Shown one piece after another: positions 55,895 to 64,000 of a stretch of 64,000 nucleotides of DNA (the stretch's first letter is position 1; each line of letters starts with the position of its first letter). Source of the stretch: Octopus sinensis (lineage: Eukaryota). The stretch lies in contig NC_042998.1 in NCBI RefSeq assembly GCF_006345805.1, positions 191,332,001-191,396,000 on the forward strand, read 5' to 3'. Both the position numbers and the translations under genes were made by a program. The notes beneath the pieces are model-generated. The model searched no databases and had not been told where the DNA came from. It saw only the letters and a list, made by a program, of their open reading frames with translations.

Positions 55895-56311
55895 TTACTC
55901 TTTTACTCTTTTACTTGTTTCAGTCATTTGACTGCGACCATGCTGGAGCACCGCCTTTAGTCGAGCAAATCGACCCCCGCAGGACTTATTCTTTGTAAGC
56001 CCAGTACTTATTCTATCGGTCTCTTTTTGTCGAACCGCTAAGTGACGGGGACGTAAACACACCAGCATCGGTTGTCAAGCAATGCTAGGGGGACAAACAC
56101 AGACACACAAATACACACACATATATATATATATATACACATAGATACGACAGGCTTCTTTCAGTTCCCGTCTACCAAATCCACTCACAAGGCATTGGTC
56201 GGCCCGGGGCTATAGCAGAAGACACTTGCCCAAGGTGCCACGCAGTGGGACTGAACCCGGAACCATGAGGTTGGTTAGCAAGCTACTTACCACACAGCCA
56301 CTCCTGCGCCT
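55895..56311 (-). mobile_element. tRNA-derived SINE family A, full length
   Basis: Head AGGCGCAGGAGTGGCTGTGTGG, B box GGTTCAGTCCC, GAGTAAAA tail. Confidence 0.94.
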
Positions 56312-56680
56312 ATTGTAAACAAAAGTTATAAAATAATGGTCTAAGAAGAGAAATACGCAAAAACATTCACCAGAGGGTTTCTGTAACGTTGATAGTTTTA
56401 GATAATAGTTGTCATAGTATCGAACCTTTAATTCTATCGTATGAGTGAAAAAATTGAGTCTACTGTGCAACACCATCAGAGTGACGGGCTTGCAACGTTT
56501 ATCTCACTGGGTTGTATGTTGGGCAGCTACCATTTGCTATAGAATTATTTTTACGTATATCAGAGTGAATGGCAACTCTGCAGAAGCCTTCATAGACATG
56601 TACACATACATACATACATACATACATACATACATACATACATACATACATACATACATACATACATACATACATACATA

Positions 56681-57450
56681 GTTACTCCACTCAGATTACA
56701 AGTTCGGGTTTATACCTGAAATTATTGGGGGTATTGCCTAAATAACAATCTTGAAAAATTAGGCTTCTCAAAACCAGAAAGAAGAAAGCTAATTCAAATA
56801 CTACAGATCCAAGCCGTCGCTGGAATTGTAAAATTTGCAAAAACTTTACAAAAGTATATTTGCGCATGACTAGAAATGCAACGATATATGCATGAGAATA
56901 CATATATAAAACAGAACATATAAATCTCCTAGGTGTAGGAGTGGCTGTGTGGTAAGTAGCTTGCTTAGAAATTACATGGTTCCGGGTTCAGTCCCACTGC
57001 GTGGCACCTTGGGCAAGTGTCTTCTACTATAGCCTCGGGCCGACCAAAGCCTTGTGAGTGGATTTGGTAGACGGAAACTGAAAAGAAGCCCATCGTATAT
57101 TTGTATATATATGTATGTGTGTGTGTGTATATGTTTGTGTGTCTGTGTTTGTCCCCCCAACATCGCTTGACAACCGATGCTGGTGTGTTTACGTCCCCGT
57201 AACTTACCGGTTCGGCAAAGAAACCGATATAATAAGTACTAGGCTTACAAAGAATAAGTCCTGGGGTATATTTGTTCGACTAAAGGCGGTGCTCCAGCAG
57301 AGTAAAAGAGTAAGTACCGACCCCAAATGCTGCACATACATACACGTACAAAAATCATACTTGTGATGTCAAAATCCAAAGGTGCCTTGGATCTAGGTTA
57401 CAAAGCGGCTCTTTATGTGCAAGAGATCTCAAAATAAAACTGAAAAATAA
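56681..57450 (+). mobile_element. 5'-truncated RLE-type non-LTR retrotransposon 3' end between (CATA)n runs, with a nested SINE
   Basis: Frameshifted LLHSDYKFGFIPEIIGG / CLNNNLEKLGFSKPERRKLIQILQIQAVAGIVKF resembles the IP.IIGALG…L..LG…LQ…GT.K C-terminus of RLE ORFs. The putative 3' UTR resumes after the SINE and ends aataaaactgaaaaataa-(CATA)n. Confidence 0.7.
56931..57313 (+). mobile_element. tRNA-derived SINE family A with a small 3' internal deletion
   Basis: Same head and body as the other copies. gctccagca joins directly to gagtaaaagag. Confidence 0.92.
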
Positions 57451-57881
57451 CATACATACATACGTAGTATCTACCTACCTCCCTCCCTAACTCCTTCCTT
57501 CCCTCCCTACCTATCCCTCCACCTACCTACCTACCTATTTACATAACTAAATACATACATACATACATATATACATCCTTATACACACTCAGATTTGCGT
57601 ATGTGCGTGAATGTGTATTTATAGAAAGCTGTTTCCACGGGAAGATCAGTCTTCAGACTTCTGGATAGGGTAATATCGAAGCTCTATATAACCAGGTGGA
57701 TTCGCAGTGTTTATAAATACCCACATATTTGAACTCCGTAATCACACCAGTGATTGGTTGTTACTTTGACATATGTAATTTTGCGTGAACCGTTCAATAC
57801 GCACTCATATATATATACATACTATATATATATAGGAATATTTTACACAAACACACACACACACACATACACATATATATA

Positions 57882-58070
57882 GGGAGAGTTTACGAAAAAA
57901 AAACAAAAGACGAAGATAGGTGGTGTACAAAACAAACAGATGTGTTAGTATAACGCTCAGGAATAGAAAAAGTCTTTTACGTTTCGAGCCTACGCTCTTC
58001 TACAAAAAGGGACACAGAAAAAAGAAGGAGAGAAACAAGGAGAGAAAAAAATGTGTGTAGTGGCTAACGA
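57882..58070 (-). mobile_element. Short PLE terminal-repeat-like element with hammerhead-like motif (57974-58009)
   Basis: Reverse-complement homologue of 25894-26078 with the same two ends. Confidence 0.78.
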
Positions 58071-58094
58071 TGTTGCTTGGAGACACAACGCACG

Positions 58095-58133
<39 letters not shown>

Positions 58134-58582
58134 TGCGTGAGAGAGTTTATTTTCCGGTTAAGAAGACTTTGTGTTGCCTTGCGCTAAAATTGATAACTTA
58201 GCCGCTCGACATTTTGCTATAAAATCGGGACAGACTGAAATAAGAAATGGTGTCGACATAATCGACAATAACGTTCAAAGATGCTTCTCCAGCATGTAAA
58301 GTTTTACATTCAAAGATTGGAGACATTAGAAGAAAAAAAAAAGACATGTATTTTTCACAATTTATTATAAATTATCTTGTATTGATTATGAACAACTATG
58401 CTTTTTCATTTCTCCATGCTTTCAGATCAAAGTCTTGAGTGTTTTTGTCCGGGGAAGCAACCTTGTCGCGTGAATGTTTGCTTTTCAATGTAAACTTGTG
58501 ACTCACTTGCCGAAGCACACTTGAAGATATACAGCTAATTTATGAGTCCTAGTTATACTTTGAAACGTCGAATTTTTCAAAA

Positions 58583-58609
58583 TCATCATCATCATCATCA
58601 TCACCATCG

Positions 58610-58642
<33 letters not shown>

Positions 58643-58650
58643 ACATCATC
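58583..58650. repeat. (CAT)n microsatellite
   Basis: Direct reading. It produces the poly-His/poly-Met ORFs. Confidence 0.96.
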
Positions 58651-58842
58651 CGTTCATTCCTAGGGAAAATCAAAATCATCATTTTTCCCCCCATTGTGAC
58701 TTCATAGCCAAATCCTTATCTGGACTCAAATTACATACACGCATCCATCACAAATATATGTAAGTCTTTTATTTTCAATCCTTTCTTTCAAACACGTACA
58801 CATCGAAATCGACGGCAGTAACAATTATCATAAGTATTACTA

Positions 58843-58863
58843 TTGTTGTTGTTGTTGTTGTTG

Positions 58864-58942
<79 letters not shown>

Positions 58943-58948
58943 CATCAT
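58843..58948. repeat. (GTT)n-(ATT)n compound microsatellite
   Basis: Direct reading. Confidence 0.96.
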
Positions 58949-59688
58949 AAACATTTCCGTCACGAACTTAAATTAAAAATATCTACATTCCAACAATCAC
59001 CCAATCTTTAAATAAATAGGAATATTTTACACAAACACACACACGCACACACATACACACACACACACACACACAACCACACCCACACACACACACACAC
59101 AAACCCACGCATGAACCCACGCACACACGCACACACGAACACACACACACACACACACACATACATACTTATGTAATTATCTGTGCGTGTGTTCATATAT
59201 ATGTATATATAAATATATATATATTCGATCCTCAATGGTTGCTTGGAGACACAACGCACGTTATATAGATCTACCGAATTATTGTGTTTCCACAGCATGT
59301 AACTATTAATAGCTGATATTGAAATACTGTGATTTATCAAATGATATTTATCTCTCACTGGATGGAATGATCTTTTGTTGATCCTACAAATAACGGAACA
59401 TTATGCTATACATACATGCATACATACATAATACAAATATGCATAATACATACATACACACACACACACATACAAACACACACATATATATATGTGTGTG
59501 TATATATATATAAATTAAATTAGAGATAAAACCACTATTAGGCAAATCAAACAGTGAAACACAAACCAAAATATAAAAATAAATATAATTAATATAAAAT
59601 CTAATTTAATTTATATTTATACTGTGAAATTTGATTTAATCCTAAATCTAATTTTCCCTGTAAGTTTGGATTTACTCCCTAATATTAT

Positions 59689-59762
<74 letters not shown>

Positions 59763-60636
59763 TATATATATAAATGGGTGTCCATCTAATTTAAGTTCAT
59801 GTGTATATTCTGATTATTCATAGCAAATATATAGATGCCATTGTCATTCTCTTATTGGAAAATGCCACATGGAATTACCACACAGTATTGAATAGAATAG
59901 AACATTCACTGATAGATAACATGATATGATTCACCGCATACTTCATTATAACTATTTATGTTGACAGTTTCAGAAGGAACTTATTTCTTACTTATTAGCT
60001 GGATTGATACAATTGCTAATTAGATATATGGTGGTTAGAGAGTTAGTAGGGCAAGATAGACGGTTGAAACAATCTCAAAACAATTATATATGTCTAAGAG
60101 GGCAAAGCAAATGAAATTATGAAATTAACTTTACGAAATTCACACTTTGGTCAAAAGAATTCTTATAGATATTATTAAAGTAATAACAGTAACTGATATT
60201 TCGAAAGAATGACACAATCGAAATTCTAAACCAATATTATTAGATACAAACGGAATTGTGATTGTCAAGCGAACCGTTGCTTCAGGGAAAATTGATGACA
60301 ATCCAAATAAATGCAATTCATTTTGAGGTCAAGTTCAATGACGGTGATATCGCTATTTAAGGTGTCTTCAACATTCATAGTAAGAACATTAGTCTCTCTT
60401 GACACTTCTCTCATATATTCACTGATTTCAGCGATCGAATTCATATCAAGGAAAGATAGACGATGATTTACCAGCGAGAATTCAGAAGTTTATTAGTCAC
60501 GAACTAGCTGATTTATATAGAAGTAAAAATTTCGCAAATACATTTAAAAATATAGATTTAATTAGCAAAATGTCATTGGAGGGATGATTTTAAAGAATTC
60601 ATCAAAACATAGACATTATTTTATATACCTATTACT

Positions 60637-61048
<412 letters not shown>

Positions 61049-61459
61049 CTAAATGTATATATGCATGTGCCATAAGTTTCAACAAAGTTATGTGTTTTTC
61101 GTGCATCCAATTTCACCAAAAGTTTATTTGTTAATTCAACGATATGCTGGAAGAAACATAAACAATTAGACACGTAGTCCAATCTAACTCCGATCGACAT
61201 TTTGCCAAGCGTGTTTCGGATTAAAACACACACACACACATAAAGCTACATATATTTTCATATGTATATACACACACACATATAAAATAATATATAATAC
61301 ATATATATACGTATATATGCATATATATATATTTATATATTTATATATATATGTATATATATATTCATACGGAGGTATATGTGTGGGAGCATGGGTGTAT
61401 ACAAGTAAAATGCATTCATGTGCATATGTGTATCAATATTTACATGCACATATGAATGC

Positions 61460-61522
<63 letters not shown>

Positions 61523-61750
61523 TATATTGTCATATGGGTAATGAACGAAATTTCCGTTTTGGATCCCCCCTGTGGGTAACTTCATGTTATTACCATTTAA
61601 CAGCGTGGTAGATGTATCTCAAATGAAACAATCTTAAAATTAGATTGCTTGTGCGTGGAAATTGAGTTCGGATTTGGATATATATAAGCATATGCACACA
61701 CATACACTCACGTATATATAAATACATTTATATATATATATATATATATA

Positions 61751-62018
61751 TAATGATAAGCACAATATACATATATACATATATGCATATATGTGTGTCT
61801 GTATATATATATATATATATATAATAATATATGTATATATACATACATATACATACATACATATGCTCACAGATATATATATATTTTTTTTTATATATAT
61901 ATGTATATATAAATATATATATTATATATATAATATATATATATATATTATATATATATATAATGATAAGCACAATATACATATATACATATATGCATAT
62001 ATGTGTGTCTGTATATAA

Positions 62019-62049
<31 letters not shown>

Positions 62050-62148
62050 GTATGTATATATACATACATATACATATACATACATATGCTCACAGATATA
62101 TTATATATTTTTTTTATATATATATGTATATATAAATATATATATATA
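61751..62148. repeat. Two-copy tandem duplication (period about 210 bp) of TA-rich sequence
   Basis: The anchors taatgataagcacaatatac (61751, 61961) and atatgctcacagata each recur twice. Confidence 0.9.
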
Positions 62149-64000
62149 TGTATATTTATATATATATACCTGCATATATACGCGTCTGTGGTTGCTGTGT
62201 GTATGTTTACGTTTATACATATACACGTGCACTCTCACAGACTCACTGGCAGTCATACATCACTCCATAACTTCAACGTAAAAAGCAAATTATCAAACAC
62301 TGTAAATTTTAAAGTTTGAGAAATAGTTTCCTTAACTTAATGACTTATCCCAAACATGTAATTTGAACTTTACAGAATCTTCTGTTCCCATAGGTTATGT
62401 GTATTTACATAGAAATGAGATGACAAAATATAGAAAAAATAAGTAAACTGCGTGCACATTTGAAGTTTTCTGAAGTTTATCGATTAAAACAAAAGTTTAT
62501 TTTTGTTCTTGATTTGCCTCGCTTTTGTCATAAATATATATAATATTTACTTTACATATAGATGTTACTGAAAGAATTGTACATAGGTATGTTAACAGTT
62601 GTATCCAGTATTTAATTACAAATGGTAAATAAACTTAGTTGTTCTTCGAAACTACCTGATAATATTGTCTTCACAAAAATGTACATGTATTGCAAGTCAC
62701 CGTTAAATTATTTTATAATTTTATTTGAATATATTTTACATAAGAAATAAAGTTGTATGAGTTTGCATTAGGTATGGAATTCAACAAATTTCCGGTTTAA
62801 AAAGTTCAATTTAGTCAAAAATTTAATTAAAATACTATATTGAAAATATATCGATACGAAAATGATCAGGATTAATTGATGCTTCATTGTGTAAAAAGAA
62901 ATAAAAATAAAAATGGATTTTTATTTAAAAAAAAAAAATTTGAAAATATACAAGTGTATACACAAAACGCTCGAACGGAAATTATTTTAATTATAATATT
63001 ATAATTGGGAGGTAAGTATGTATTTGTACGTGTGTTATTGGGTATGTGTTCTTGTAAACCTGCTGATTAGTGCCATAAACACTATTCGTACGCCTGCGCG
63101 CGTGTATTCGACGGGCAGAGTTCCATGTGTAAATCAGTATAAGCATGTACGTGTCTATAGATTATATGACCATATCAATTTAGGGAAGAAAATATTGCTA
63201 CTTAACTTTCGAGGAATGTATGCGTCGACTCTGCGGGCAAAGAGGCTACCCACAGGTAGGGGTCCAGTACGTTTTCGTGGAACCTTCTTTTCACCATTCT
63301 TCTAACATAGTCCAAACGTGATTTGCTGTTTGGGCTCCAATACAAGACATAAACATAGCCATATGACCTATAATGCCTTAGCTGATTGGCTGAAAAGTAC
63401 TTGCATGTATTTTTGTGTAATTATTTCTCTTGGAAAGAGAATAGTAAAAGTAGGAAGTGTAGAGAAAGAAAGAACAGAAAAGAGAGGAACTGAAACAATA
63501 GTGTGAACTTGAAGAAAAATCAAAGAAAAATATCATTGGATTGACAGAAAGGTTGGAAGAACTGAAAAACTGGTTTGTTGAAAATTACATTTCTGCTCCC
63601 CTACAACTGGACAATTATCTGCGGGAAAGAATTGGAAAATTATTGGCAAACAATTGATTTTACTTGATGTAGTATTTCTTTATCAGTTAATAAAATGGTT
63701 CAGAAAATGAAAAACGATTTCAAAATGCGAGGAATAATTAAAAAATAACTTTTAACCGAAAAGATTTTGAAGGGGAGTAAATGAATCGATTAAACTCAAT
63801 TTACAAAAAAAGGAAGAAAAAAGTTTAAGAAAATAAATATCATTCTATATATTTAAATGGGCTATATCTCTTCCTGCCAATGACTACTATTATTTGTAAG
63901 GGTTTTATAGATATTTTAATTGTAGCCTTCGCTACATAATTATATAACAACATTGAAAAGTTAATGATGTTAATTTTAAGCTGGGGCTACGCAGCAATAC

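Noticed and set aside
57622-57662. Minus-strand CTGAAGA…GAAACAGCT motif
   Set aside because: Stem II does not pair and helix III is incomplete. It may be a very decayed PLE motif but cannot be supported.
58503-58763. Poly-His and poly-Met ORFs and a minus-strand GTGAGT donor
   Set aside because: Driven by a (CAT)n microsatellite, with no supporting gene structure.

Overview
AT-rich, microsatellite-dense eukaryotic non-coding DNA. From recall of its SINE families it is most consistent with an octopus/cephalopod genome (inference, not checked). No intact, recognisable protein-coding gene is present, and almost all entries in the ORF track are translations of microsatellites. The window is a dense mosaic of mobile elements: at least four tRNA-SINE or SINE-like families, a decayed mariner transposon, a complete non-autonomous Helitron plus a second Helitron 3' end, decayed RTE and CR1/L2 LINE fragments, two restriction-like-endonuclease (R4/Dong-type) LINE 3' ends each abutting a different microsatellite, and Penelope-like element (PLE) remnants. 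The most interesting signal is a set of type I hammerhead-ribozyme motifs from several unrelated short repeat families. They comprise one complete three-helix motif inside a palindrome inserted in a SINE (19477-19527), a minimal motif with a compensatory U3-A8 core (24708-24744, minus), a four-copy family with a shared A6U core change tied to a PLE GIY-YIG C-terminus, and several decayed motifs. All folds were done by eye and no activity is shown. A weak three-exon minus-strand splice model near 3.4-6.1 kb is offered as a hypothesis only.
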